From NCBI GenBank assembly GCA_017654855.1, contig CM030334.1:3534001-3598000 (forward strand): a stretch of DNA of 64,000 bases, in the 5' to 3' direction. Below the pieces are notes generated by a model, which made no database searches, was not told the origin of the DNA, and worked only from the letters and a program-made list of their open reading frames with translations. The stretch comes from Podospora anserina. Lineage: Eukaryota. The translations under genes were made by a program, and so were the position numbers. Positions 10,097 through 22,448 of the stretch are shown piece by piece. Within the stretch, counting starts at the first letter, position 1. The number at the start of each line of letters is the position of its first letter.

Positions 10097-12557
10097 ATGC
10101 CTTCCTCCAAACTCTTGTCGCTCCTCGCCCTCCTTCCGGCTGCGGCTCTTGCAACCGACAATGCCTCGGTTCAGCCATCTGGGCTAGTCCGTCACTCTCT
10201 GACTGCTCAAGAGGGTGGTTCGCTTTTCAGCAGACACTCGAAGAGACAACTGGTCACTGAATCCTCGGCAAAGCGGGCCGGTACATTCTACACCATCAAC
10301 GTCAAGTTCGGGACGCCTGGCCAAAATGTCCCTGTACAAATCGATACCACGCAACCCGAACTCTTCGCGAACCCTAGATGTTCCACGTCATCGAACCCAT
10401 CCTTCTGCCAGAGCCAGCAGAGGTTCACCATGTCGAGCTCCCTCATCGATCTTGGGGTGCAAGGTTCGATGTCTCTGCGCAATGGTGGCTATGTCAACTG
10501 GCAATACGTGTCCGATTACATCGGTATCGGATGTAAGTTTGTGCATCATGGATGTTGTTTTAAACCGAGTTGGCTGACCTATATCCGTAGCCTCTAGGAT
10601 TACCCAACAGATCTTTGGGGTTGCCTACGACAGTTCCGGACCGACGAACGCCATTCTTGGTCTCGGCCCATCCCTTCAAGGCTGGACCAATGGGTATCCC
10701 CTAGTTCTCGACAGTCTCAAGACACAGGGACACATCAACAGCCGGGCCTGGACTTTGGATTTGAAGGGACTTACAAGCCAGAGCGGTTCGGTGATTTTCG
10801 GTGGCATCGACACCAACAAGTTCATTGGGGACCTGGTTAAACTCCCCATTGTCCCTGCCGCGCAATCTCCTGATGGGTATACCAGATACTGGATCCGCCT
10901 CGATGGTCTCTCGGTCAGACAGGCCGACGGCTCAGTTGTGGATGCCTGGGCTAAGCCGGAGGGTGCAGCGGGTCAGCCATTCGTGATCGACAGCGGCGCG
11001 AGTCTCACTGCCCTTCCCACGTCCATCTACAGCCAGTTTGTTGCGGCGTTCCCTTCGGCCACGGCTAACGCTGACGGGACTTTGGTTGTTGATTGCCCTA
11101 CTGAGGGTGAGGGTGGATCTGTCAACTTCAACTTCGATGGCAAGGACATCAGCGTTCCTTTCGGCGACTTTGTGTCTCGTGTGCCCGACACAGACACCTG
11201 TCTTTTGGGAGTTTATGAGGACAGCTTCCCTGTCCTTGGTACCAACTTCCTCAGGGCTGCCTACGTCGTGTTCGACCAAGACAACCGCAACATCCATCTC
11301 GCTCAGTCCGCAGATTGCGGTGCTGAGGCTCTTGTGGCTATTGGTACGGGTGTCGATGCTGTCCCATCGGTTACCGGCGCCTGCCCAGCTCCAGTGACCT
11401 CGACCACTACCACCGAGTCCGCTACGATCACAGAGGAGGTGACCTCCACCACTACCGAAGAGTCTGCCACCACGACTGAGGAGGCTACTACCACGACTGA
11501 GGAAGCTACTGCCACCACTGAGGAGTCTACCACCATCACAGAGTCCGCCACCATCACTGAATCTGCCACCGAGTCTGCCACCGAGAGTGCTACCGAGGCC
11601 GAAGAGAGCGAGTGCGAGACAGAGTATGAGTCGGCTACTGAGACTGCTACCGAATCGGCCACCGAGACTGCTACCGAGTCGGCCACCGAGACTGTTACTG
11701 AGTCTGCCACCGAGACCGCTACCGAGACCGCTACCGAATCCGTTGCCGAGACCTCAGTTGCTGAGCCCTCCATCACTGCGACCCAGACCTCTGCCGCCGA
11801 GACCTCGGTCGTGGAGACCAGTTCATTCCCCATCACCACCACTGCTGCTCCCCTCCTGACCATCACATACACCGAGACTTCGACCTCGACCATCACCTCA
11901 TGCCCTCCTTCAGTTCCCAAGTGTCCTGTCGGCTCCGTCACCGTTGTTACCCAGGTCATCACAGCTACCACCTCCGTCTGCCCTCAGACCTCGGCCACCT
12001 ACACCTTCCCTGCTGCCAACCCATCCGAGGCGCCTGTCGTCGTCACCCTCACCCCAGTCAAGCCGCTGCCCACTCCCGTCACCGTTCCTGGATGCAGCTG
12101 CACCGCTTCTCCATTCCCTACCGGACTCGCCCCCGGTCAGCCTACAACTTTGGCTACTGTGCCTCACATCGTCGCCACTGGTGTGCCCCAGGCCCCAGGC
12201 GCTGGTGTCCCCAACGTTCCGGGCACTGATGTTCCTCACGTTCCGGGCACTGGTGCTCCCCACGTCCCCGGTTCTGGCGCTCCTCATGTTCCTGGCTCCG
12301 GTGCTCCCCACGTTCCGGGCTCCGGTGCTCCCCATCTTCCCGGCACTGGCCTTCCCCATGTTCCTGGCACTGGCCTCGCCCCTGCCCCTACCCAGCCAGC
12401 CCATGGTGGCCACAATGGTACCAACCCGGTCCCCACCTTTGTTCCTCCTCAGGCTCAGCCCTCTGAGCCCGTGACGGCTGGATCCGCCAAGCTGTCCAGC
12501 GTGATGAACTGGGGCGCGGCGGCTGTAGTCGGTGGTGTCATTGCTGCCATGTTTTAA
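10097..12557 (+). CDS. Secreted, probably GPI-anchored yapsin-like aspartic protease (atypical first catalytic motif), 2 exons
   Basis: Signal peptide, YTINVKFGTPGQ, QIDTT and VIDSG, IFGGIDTNKF, VLGTNFLRAAYVVFD. Intron 10533-10590 joins the two ORFs in frame. T/E/S-rich stalk and hydrophobic C-terminus. Confidence 0.9.
11400..11760 (+). repeat. Coding tandem repeats (TTTEE(S/A) and 12-nt TESA/TETA units)
   Basis: Repeated ACCGAGTCTGCC / ACCGAGACTGCT-like units encoding ATES/ATET. Confidence 0.85.
12205..12376 (+). repeat. Coding 24-nt tandem repeat, about 7 copies of P(H/N)(V/L)PG(S/T)(G/D)x
   Basis: Translation VPNVPGTD-VPHVPGTG-APHVPGSG-APHVPGSG-APHVPGSG-APHLPGTG-LPHVPGTG. Confidence 0.9.
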
Positions 12558-13346
12558 TCGGAGTGTGAAGTTGTTGTGTATACTTCTTTTTGCGGCTGAC
12601 GGTTGTTGGATCCGATTTCTGGTTGATTTTTCGGTTTATGTTCGATGGTGTTTGGTGCTTGGAAGTTAGAGGTAGACAATACAAATAATTTTTATTGGTT
12701 GGTGCTCTGAAAGATTTGTCCCCCACCTTCCCTGTGTTGTATCAATTCTTGAGGGAAGGTACGACCATGTGGTTTGTCTGATTGATTAGATAAGATCTCA
12801 TTGTGGCTATTGACTGATATCACTGACATCGACTGAATCAATACTCCCGGAGCCGCAAGCCAGCATCACTTGGCTGCTGGAGGTAAACAAGGGACGGAAA
12901 TTAACGAAGAACAACATTGACAACGCATGCAGAAACCCTAAGGACGCCATCGAGAACCTTCAGCTGGTGGGGCGACGTGCCAAACTTCCCAAAAGAGACG
13001 TGAAATCTCGGAAACTGTCCTATACTGCAGGGATTCAGATCGCTAGCGGCGAATCTGGCGATCCTTGCCCCCTGCATCTCTCCAGGTTTTCACGCCAACA
13101 CACCAATCATGGATCATCGTGAGAGCCCCGGTTCTGCAGGATCCAGACCGTTCGGTGCCGCTGGCAACCATGTCATCGCATTCTAGGCCAAACTTCAAGC
13201 TCCACGCCGAGGTGGACAAGGTGACAAGCAGATATTACCCATTATCATTTCGTATCGTATTCCTTGACCTCCCTTCCTCACACTTTGCTTTGTGGTCACC
13301 TCACACTCGTTTTCCAGCCTACACTCACTTCAGTCACTCATTCGCC

Positions 13347-14721
13347 ATGAAGCAGGGCCCCATCTTGCTGTCAGGTCTCACCTGGCTCCAAGTCGCAGCA
13401 GCGGCATGCTGTCGCAGCAACAAGTGTCTCAAGGGTGAGCTAGCCAGCAGATATTGGAGAAGTAGACGCTAACCTGTCCGTCTGCGCTGCAGCCGTCGTC
13501 TCCTCGGGTCTTGATGGACTCCAAGATTGCTCTACCAACTTGGCTGTGACCGTCACGCCAGCCCAGAGCACCGTTACCGAGACCGTCACTCAGTTGCCCA
13601 CTGAGCACAACACCTTTGTCCACACGGCCTTCTTCACCGAGACTGTCACCACGACCGCCGAGACTAAAACTGAACTTTTCACCCTTCAGACCACCGTCAC
13701 AGATGCTACTTACACTCAGCTCATCACCAACACTGAGACTGTGGTTGTTACCGAGACAGCCCAACAGACCGTCACGGCAACGAACACCGGTGCTGCCTAT
13801 CCAGTCAAGGCACGAGGCGACACCCTCCTGGCCCCCGAGCCCGAGCCTACTTCTTCATTGTCGGGTTCTGAGCCATCCGCCATCCCAGAGTACGCCTCGG
13901 AACAATGCCCATCTTGGGAGGCCTACGTGAAGGCTTGCAGCTGTGCCGGTGTAGAACCCACAACCGTCACGGCTGAAGCTCCATCCGCGGCCACGGAGAC
14001 AGTGTCATACACAGCGGACCCCATCACCGTCTCTGTGCCAACCACACTGTCTGTCACCGACACCGTCTACGTCTCTTTGACCGAAACCACTGCCGCCACC
14101 GATGTCGAGACAGTCTTTGAAACGGCCACAACCCAAGTCACTCAGACAGTTTCTGCCCACACCACCGTTACAGTCACGCAGACCACAACCACAGTGCTCC
14201 CCGCTGCAACATGCTTACCGCCTTCCCAGGTAAAGGCATTTAGAGGGTTGGCCACTGACTACGGTGGACAGACCCTCGCTATGTATGCTAACATGCTCAA
14301 CGCCTTGTCGGGCGGGATGATTTGGCAACCCCCTTCCACATCCACGTCAACGTCGGTACAATACAAATACTTTTTCAAGCTCGACGACCAAGGACGCGTG
14401 GTTCTGGCCAAGGGAATTCCGCCCTACTCCTACACGTATGCTCTCTATGTAGCAACAAACTCGAATGGGGGTCTTTGGCCACAAGTCAACACAAAGGATG
14501 CCATCCAGAACTCGATCAACGCCGGGGGTTCGGTCGCATTCGTCAAGGGGTGCGTCAACTCTGTGACAGGAGAACTAACTTTGGACGCTGCGGGACGCAA
14601 GAATATTCTCTGGTGCGGACAGCAGATGTGGATGTCTACTGGGAATGGGGAGGAGATCAACCGCGGCACATGTACCGTCATGCATCCCAAGGCCACGGAA
14701 ATCGAGGCTTCCTGGGGATAA
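13347..14721 (+). CDS. Secreted Thr-rich cell-wall protein with small Cys motifs, 2 exons
   Basis: MKQGPILLSGLTWLQVAAA signal; intron 13435-13492; NKCLKA...DCS and IPEYASEQC...YVKACSC motifs separated by T/V-rich tracts; globular C-terminal domain. Confidence 0.85.
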
Positions 14722-14858
14722 GCCTTCGTCTTGCACATTTGAGGAGGGCAGTTGTTTTGCCATGCATTCTCGTGGCTCTCTGATCTCTGGAACTTTGTTT
14801 ACTTTCTCAGGGGTAATCTTGGGAATGTTTATCTGACATAAATATCCATCTTGGTACA

Positions 14859-16871
14859 TCACTGTAGCCATACCCTTTGTCCCCTTGCATTCAGGTCCGC
14901 GAGCGTGACAGGAAACCCGCTAATCGCAAATCGTTTCCCTCTGCCACGTTCATTTTCCTGCTGGTTGATGCTCCTTGCGTCACTCTCGTCGTCGGCCTGG
15001 AATTCAACCACAATGGCCTGCAAAGCTGCCTTGTCTCTGACACGCAACTCAAAGTCAAGCCTGAACTGTTCTATCCCCGTTCCGTCTGGATTGCACTCCC
15101 TCACTCTGACCATATCCCTCGGATTGACGGACCCGCTGGTGATGTCAGTCAGAGTCCTCCATTGTCTGTCCGCCGATGCCAAGCTCTTTTCCTCCTCGGC
15201 TGCTTCCTCAGTCGTCAGCTCTGTGTGATAAAACCTTGTCACCTTCCTCAGCAGCTCGCCCACAGCTGGCGCCTGATGCCTCAACCGACACCGCACCGCT
15301 CCCCGAAGCAACCTCCCATCCGGTCCGCCTGACGCCTGCTGATGAGACAAAGTAGACCTTGGAGAATAAGAGTCTGGTACCTCGAAAAAGAACATGCCCG
15401 CCATCAACACCCTCGCCACATTCTTGATCTTGTCCCTCCCCTGCCCACCAACCCCCGCCCACTCCCCTGTTTCCTTCAACAACCTCGGCACCTCCTCACA
15501 CTGATACAGCTGCACATACTTTGGCTTCAATTCCGGGTTCAGCCTCATCAACCTCCCCCTTTGCGACCGCTCCGCGCCCTCCACCACCCCCTCCCATAAT
15601 CTCTCCGTGTCCAGCTGCCGTTTTATCATTTTTTGCAAGGCAGTAAACCCCCTGAAGTTGCTCGCAAAAGGCATCTTGTCCGATTTTGGGCCTTGTTTCC
15701 CCGTCCCGAGCGACACAAGCGCATCAAGCACCACCCCGTTCCCCTCCCCACTCTCCCGAGACCAAATCTTTGTCTTTTCATCCATCGCCACTCGTGCCGG
15801 ACAGTTGGCGTAAACCGCCCCGTCAATGTACTCCTGCCCCCCCACCCCCCATTCTCTTTTGAACACTGGCAAATAAAACGGCGCGGCCGCGGTGGCCATA
15901 GCCGCCTCCCAGATTTTGAAATCCTTCTCCAAATCATCTTCCCTTTCAAAACCAGATCTGCTGCTACCACCACCAACACTGTCAGTGGCAGAGGTAGTCA
16001 AAGGCCTGTTATAATTCCCAATCACAACCTCCGTATCCCCATCATCCCTCGTGCTCGTCACCGCAACCCTCACCCCCGACCCAAGCGCACCAGAAGCCAG
16101 CACCCTCTCGCTGTTGAACGTTGGCGCAAAAAGGCTCGTCTTGTCCCCAAAATACTGCTCCAACCCCGACCGCAAGGGCCGATCGCTATACACACTCTCC
16201 ACCCTCCTGAAAACCATCGCCCCCCTCGTCAGCGCCCGCCACCCAAGTCGCGAGTTCTCAAACGTCGCGGTGGAGATCTTGCTGAAAAAGGCGATCATGT
16301 CCTGCATCCTGGTATCGATCCCGCTACCCCGCCTCGCCAACGGGGAAGAAGCGACGGCGGCAGGGTCGGAAGGGAGCTTCCCCGGAAAGGTCAGCGCGAG
16401 AGCAACGATCCCTCCTGTGCTGGTCCCCACGATGAGGTCAAACATCTCGGCCAGTCGGACGTTTGTCAGGCCGATTTCTTGCTCGAGCGCCTGGACGAGG
16501 GCGAGCTCGACGATGCCGCGGACGCCGCCGCCGTCGAGGGTGAGGATGCGGACGCCGGAGCAGCGGGGTCTGAGCTGGATGGTTTGGTGCCCGTCCTGGC
16601 CGTCGCAGAGGATGCAAGAGTCTAATTCGAAGGCGGCGGCTTTCCAGCGGGAGGGGGTGGAGAGCTCTTGGATGCAGCGGGGGCAAAAGGCGTGGCCGCA
16701 CGATAAGGCGTGGTCGGGGGAGGAGAGGAGGCAGGAGAGGCAGGTTTTGGTAGAGAGGAGTTGGGTGAAGAGGGGTTTGTTCTGGGGGGTGAGTTCGCGG
16801 CGGAGTTTGAGGATGGAGGTGTCGACTTGTTGGTTGCCGTGATGGTTGAACTCGCGGTCTCGGAGCTGGAG

Positions 16872-16903
<32 letters not shown>

Positions 16904-18908
16904 GGAACTGTCCGGCGGGTTGGGGTTCGTAGCTGTCTTGGTGGGGAGGAAGGGGGGAGCGGTACACTTTGCGGTATAACTCGCAGAACCGAGCTCGTAT
17001 GCGCTGGCGCCAGACGTCTCTGTTCCAGTCGTGACCGGGGACAAAGTCGCCCGGTACCGGCTGGAGGTTGTGTTTGTGGCCGGGACCGGACGGGGGAGGG
17101 ACGTGCTGTTGGTGTTTGCCTCGCTTGCCACCGTGCCCCCGGACTTGACAGCTATATGGAGTCAGAGCGCCTTGTGAGTTCAGAAAGGTGTAAGAGCACT
17201 GCTCATGCAAGAGCTGGTACAAGGCCAGCCCGCCATCCCAGTACTTCCTCAAGTCCTGATCGAATTTGATCTCGGGGGTAAAAGTGGCAGAGTCCCGTCT
17301 CCGAGCGAGGATCAAGAGAGACAAAGCGATGACATTCTCAATCATGCGGTCCATACCAGCAAGCTGGGTGTTGTTCACCCTGTTTTCACGGTCATACGCC
17401 AGCCGCAGAAAGTTGGCAATATGTTCCCTGAGATTGGTGGGTGTGTGATTGTCGCGACAGGTGGCCTTGTAAAAGTCGAGAGGTGTGCTCGACTCGGAAA
17501 AATGTCGAAATGTGTTGGACAGAAAGAGAGAAAGCCCAGCGACGTTGTAGCGGGTCAAGCTCTCCGCTCTGATATCCCGCTCCTCGACAACCGCACGATC
17601 AAGAATACGCTTGAGGTTTCCGAAATGCTCAAGAAGCTTCTCTGGCTTGCCATGGTTGTCGACATGGTTGTTATCAGGGATGTAGCAAAGGTGAATGCTG
17701 CGGAAGAGCTGACGATACAAATCGTTATTACTCCTGATCATCAACCCTAAGCTCGTGGACGCGTTGAAGCGCTCGACAAAAGTGGCAATCACTCCGGTCC
17801 TCTTCCACAGGGCTGGGCTCTGCGACTCCAGAAACTCTTGTTTCAGCATCTCCGGCGTGCTGTCCTTTTTGTCTGGGGTGTACTTGTTGCGAACAACGAT
17901 CAATGTCTTGCCAGACGGTTGGTTGAAAGTCTTGAGCATTGCTCCGGCAGCCCACTCGAGGATCCGAGGAAAGTCGTGTCCTTTGGTTTTGGGATTCTGC
18001 GTGACAAACACAACAACGTCACTGACAGCGTAGAGAAACCGGGCGTAAAACAGGTCAATCCCTGCTTTGCCTCTGCCGTAGTCGTCGGCCTTGATGGTTC
18101 TCGTTTCCACCTGCTCGTCAGGATCTTCTGTGTCCGGGACGGCCTTCTCAGCGTTGGTGAGAGCAAAATCGGCTGTGAACCCTTCACAGTCAGCTAAAAG
18201 TAGGGGGTATTGAGGATCTGGCGACGGCTCTGGTTGAGTGGTGATGTTGTTGCGATAAAGGTGGACTCCAAAGGTAGCGGGATCGTCGCCGCCCTGTGAG
18301 ACTGGCAACTCGTGCTTCTCAGGGCGGTCCAAGACGCTTTGTAACAGGTTGTACAACGCGTTCTCTCGACCCAAAGCGCCCGAGGAGTCTCCTGCTCTCT
18401 GCTCGGCTAGTCCGAGTAGAAGCATTGCCCTAGCGACTGTGGACTTCCCAGCATATGTATTTCCAATGAACGACACGATGCTCGGATAATGGTTCCCCGT
18501 GATCCTGTTTCCAGTTTGGTGAGGGTCGCAAAGACGTCGAAACCGGTCGTACAGCCAGAGTTCCGGCTTGTCATCTTCTTCTTTTCCCTTCTTGACGCTA
18601 AACCAGCGCGCAAGCTTATCGTGGCCGTGGAGTGCCTTGATTTGAGCATCATCAAGGTCGGAACAGGTGATGGCCTTGATGAACATTTCTGCTGTCGGGT
18701 TGGCTGGTTGATGAAGAGCTTTGAGCTTCTCATTTGTGAATTGCTCGATGTGCTCGTTCCAACATGAGTGATGCTCAGAACAGGGAATGTTTCGGCAATC
18801 GTCAATAGTGCAAGAAATACAATAGGAGTCGTTGCATTTGATGCACCGCCGACCTATGGGCTTCCCATGATGGGGGCTGGAGGGCTTTTCGCACAGAAAA
18901 CATTGCAT
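14859..18908 (-). CDS. Multidomain protein: Cys/His ZnF - GBP/atlastin-like P-loop GTPase - RING finger - patatin-like phospholipase
   Basis: Uninterrupted 1349-aa ORF. N-terminal CxxC clusters; Walker A GNTYAGKS, ATFGVHLY, LLADCEG, LYAVSDVVVFV; RING CLSC...CGHAFCPRC...CILC; patatin DGGGVRG, GTSTG, IDGA. Confidence 0.9.
16872..16904 (-). repeat. (CAA)11 microsatellite encoding polyQ
   Basis: Pure TTG x11 on the + strand, between the GTPase region and the RING finger. Confidence 0.95.
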
Positions 18909-19628
18909 TTTGAGTACCTTGCTGATGGGTGGTAATTGTAGTAAGCTGAAATGTTTGGGAATAAATTGGGTTTGTGAATGGTCTTCTTGGATTCAAGACA
19001 AGCGAAGCACACTGATATAACAGTACTAAGATATGACAAGGCCTCAATTTATACTACGGTAGATCATAAGGTACCCCCCCTCTGGAACTGACCTGGTAGC
19101 CAAGATCATCCCGAAGAGGGGTGCATACCTACGACCGTGAAGACGATAAGAGAGAAACATAACCGGCGTGTCGAAGTGGATCTTGATTCGTGGGAACTGT
19201 GGTGATGTACTTACCTTAGGTACTATTGATAGCTGAGCCGCCACTGTGGTTCGCGGTCAACGCAGCCGGACATCGACGCCTTGCGCCAACTTTGGCTTGA
19301 TACGGTTTTGTGGCTTGTTTCCACGGGAGTCATCACGCATTCATGTTCGATTTAGGGGGTTGGAGTGGCGGCCGCTCTGCCAAAATTCCAATTTCCCGAA
19401 AAGAACATGAGTCAGCGATATACAGGGACTAATTACACGAGGGATCTAAAGTCCGTCTCAAAATGATGCTCAGATCGTGGTCGTCTCTCGTGAGTCATTC
19501 AAGAATTTTGATTCAAACAATGACCTCCATTTCTAATTATACATTAAACGCCTTTATCTGCTTAGAATCATCATTCGCCGAACCAATTTCTGCACTCTGC
19601 CCAATCTCCAACTTTCGGCTCACTCCAT

Positions 19629-21692
19629 TCAGTTCCACAGCCTTGGTGATGGGCCACGATCGTTGTCAAGTGTACTGAGGGGAATGCCACCTTCTATCGT
19701 ATCATCTTCCCATGTGTGACGCTCCCGTGCCCGCAGGCGGTCTTGGATTGCCGGATTTCCATCCTTTCCAAACTTGAAGATGTTAGCCTGGCTCCAAGCT
19801 TTAGCAGCCCGTTTCTCTGTCTCATCTGATCGCATCCATTTCACTGCGAACATGATAGATCTGCCGATCATTAGAATTATAATGGTGCCGGAGAAGCTGT
19901 AGCCAAGCCCGGCGAAGGCATCCTTCATTTGATTTCTAGTAACTGTCAGTAGCTGTGTCGTCTCTACGCTGGCCATAAAGCTTACCCGAGACGTTCAGAC
20001 ACCGATGCTGTCGTCAATACGGAGAAGCCGTCCGATTCAACAACCTCTTGACTGCATAGCTGTCAGATACAAGTCTTATCCGGTGTAGGTGACTGATTCT
20101 TCTCCTACCTCGCAAAACACCCAGTCAGAAACATTCCGATGAAACCACTAACGGTGTGTATGAGAAACACTTTGAGCTCGTCATCCGGGAGATATTCAGA
20201 AGTGAGGGGTTTCAACATGTACACGACAGCACTTGAGACAATGCCGAATATGGCCGACGTAGAAGCAGGAACCTGGCATTGTTAGCTTAATACAAGATTG
20301 TCAAAGCCTTAAGATTCGCCACTAACATAACCGCTTCCTGGCGTGATGGCTACAAGCCCAGCGATAGCCCCATCGCAGAAGTGCACGGCAGTGAGCCTCC
20401 TAAACTCGCGCGGCTCATAATCGGCGCTCCTCATGTATATCTGTTTTAGAACCCAGTGAAGGAACACAGTGGTAGTACCGCCAGCGCAAGCTGCCACGTG
20501 CGTGGCCAAGCATGCAGATACGGCTCGGCTGTTTGCCCCAAGTGCTGAACCCCCATTGAAACCGAACCTGTTGAGTGTATCAGATAGGGTCTGACGAGGG
20601 GAAGCTTTGGACTCCGCAAAGAAGAGCTCTGGGGGACAACTACATACCAGCCAAACCAAAGTAACCCGGTCCCAAAGATTGCTTGGTTGACGTCGTATAC
20701 TTCGTAACTCCTTCCTGGAATGATGTCGGCCTGTTTGTACTTTGGGAGCCATGGTGAGGTGTTGAACAACCAGCTTTTGACCCACATGGCCGCTGCCCAT
20801 GGGAGGTTTTCATTGATACGTTTTTTCGTAACACTTGATAGGTGCAAGTAGGCCCTTTGCCACCCATTGGACTCAAAGAAGTAAAAAATAGACATGGCGG
20901 CAACAGCGGCGCCGCTCGCTATGTGCACTGGGGTGCCGCCAGCAAAGTCCATACTGCCCAGTTGGTGAGACCAGCCCTCGCTGTACCAAGACCACCGAGC
21001 AATTGGACTGTAGATTACAGCTGACCATACACTGACGAAAAGTAGGTACCTTGCTGAGTGCATCTTTTGCATTGTGCCTGCGCAGATGAGAGCAGCACTG
21101 GTTTAGGGTTAGCAAGTATCAGGTCATGAACGGGCGATGGCGAGGGCCTACGTAAAAGCTGCAAACATGCCCTGAAAGAGGGCAAAGGCTAGCTCTGGAA
21201 GATGCTGGACGGGTGGCCCTTCACTGGTCGTGACTGATGACCCTTGGTTGGTTGAGTAGACATCGCTCGGCGACATCTGTAGACCATTTGCCGTTGACAG
21301 GCTGCCGAACCAAATGTTTCCAGGAGTAAATGTCAAGGCGTAACCCCATAAGTACCACTGAATGTGTCGAGGTCAGACGCCCTGTGAGGTGGGGAACAAA
21401 TTGGAATTGCCGTACCTGGAAAGATATCATAGCACCAGTGAGCAGGGGCTGTTTGAACAAGGTGATGGCGAACAACCGGCTTCCAAGCCCAGAGTAAACC
21501 ATAGAGATCGATATAACCATAAGAAAAACAAGAGCTGAGCATACCATCAGCCAAGCGATGTCAGCTTTCTGTTTGAGTCGATTCGATATCCTGATCAGCT
21601 TCCAGTCTCAAGGCGGTTTATGCTCTGGCACAGCAACTTACATCAAAAGTGACATCGGCACGCGTCAAGATTGGAGCTGTCATCCTTTCCAT
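19629..21692 (-). CDS. Divergent ammonium transporter (Amt/Mep/Rh family), about 8 exons
   Basis: Spliced by hand: ADIAWLMVCSALVFLM, WYLWGYALTF, FQGMFAAFT, DFAGGTPVH, LLWFGWFGFNGGS, GAIAGLVAITPGSGY, DDELKVFLIH. All introns have GT..AG ends with branch-like CTAAC/CTGAC sites. Confidence 0.9.
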
Positions 21693-22448
21693 GTGAATCA
21701 GGTCGCTGCCCGTCTAGAATGTCAGCGCATATGAACAACAGCAAACGAGGGTAAGAAGAGGGCCGCAATTTAATGGGATTTGGACATGATGACAGTCCGA
21801 GTCAAGCAAACCGGCCAGAGCAAAGATGTCACCCTTCTCAGAAACCCAGTGACGCGGCAGACGAGAGCACAGCCAGCTCGAGCCTTGTGCAAAAGTCTTC
21901 CCAACCCCGGATCGGGACCCGGGGTGTGAAGGCGTCAAAATACGATGCAGCGGGCGGCAAAGCGGTGGCTTGAGGTGTGATAGTTGCGATAAGGGATTGA
22001 TTGGCCAGGAGACGGAGGCTTCATGACAATATTAGCACAGCCGGCAACCAAACCGGTCCAGCTTTGACCAATTTCCGTTTCCACGAGGTGGATGGGTGTC
22101 TCCTTTCAACCGAGTTTAAGGCGACCACTGCTTGCCCGCATTTCCCTCCTTGAAGAGCTCCGGATCAGAACGGGATGAAGAAGGCGGGGGCTGGTGCCGC
22201 TGCCCACACCGAGAAAGGAACCCCCACCAAAACCAAATATGCACGGTATCGGAGGGAGGGGGAGTCCTCTGGACTTTGGTCTGCTCTGGCCCTTCCAAGC
22301 TGTGAGGCACATAGGTACCTACTTAGGTAGTGTGGGTGAACAAAAAGCATCGATTCGACCCCCTGGAATCCTGTAATGACCAACAGATAACACATCATGT
22401 CGCTCTGGCCATTTTCTCGCGATCGTTTTGACAGTGTCATAGATAGAA

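Noticed and set aside
21101-21112. Telomere-like TTAGGGTTAG
   Set aside because: Under two units, and it coincides with the CTAAC branch site of an Amt intron on the minus strand.
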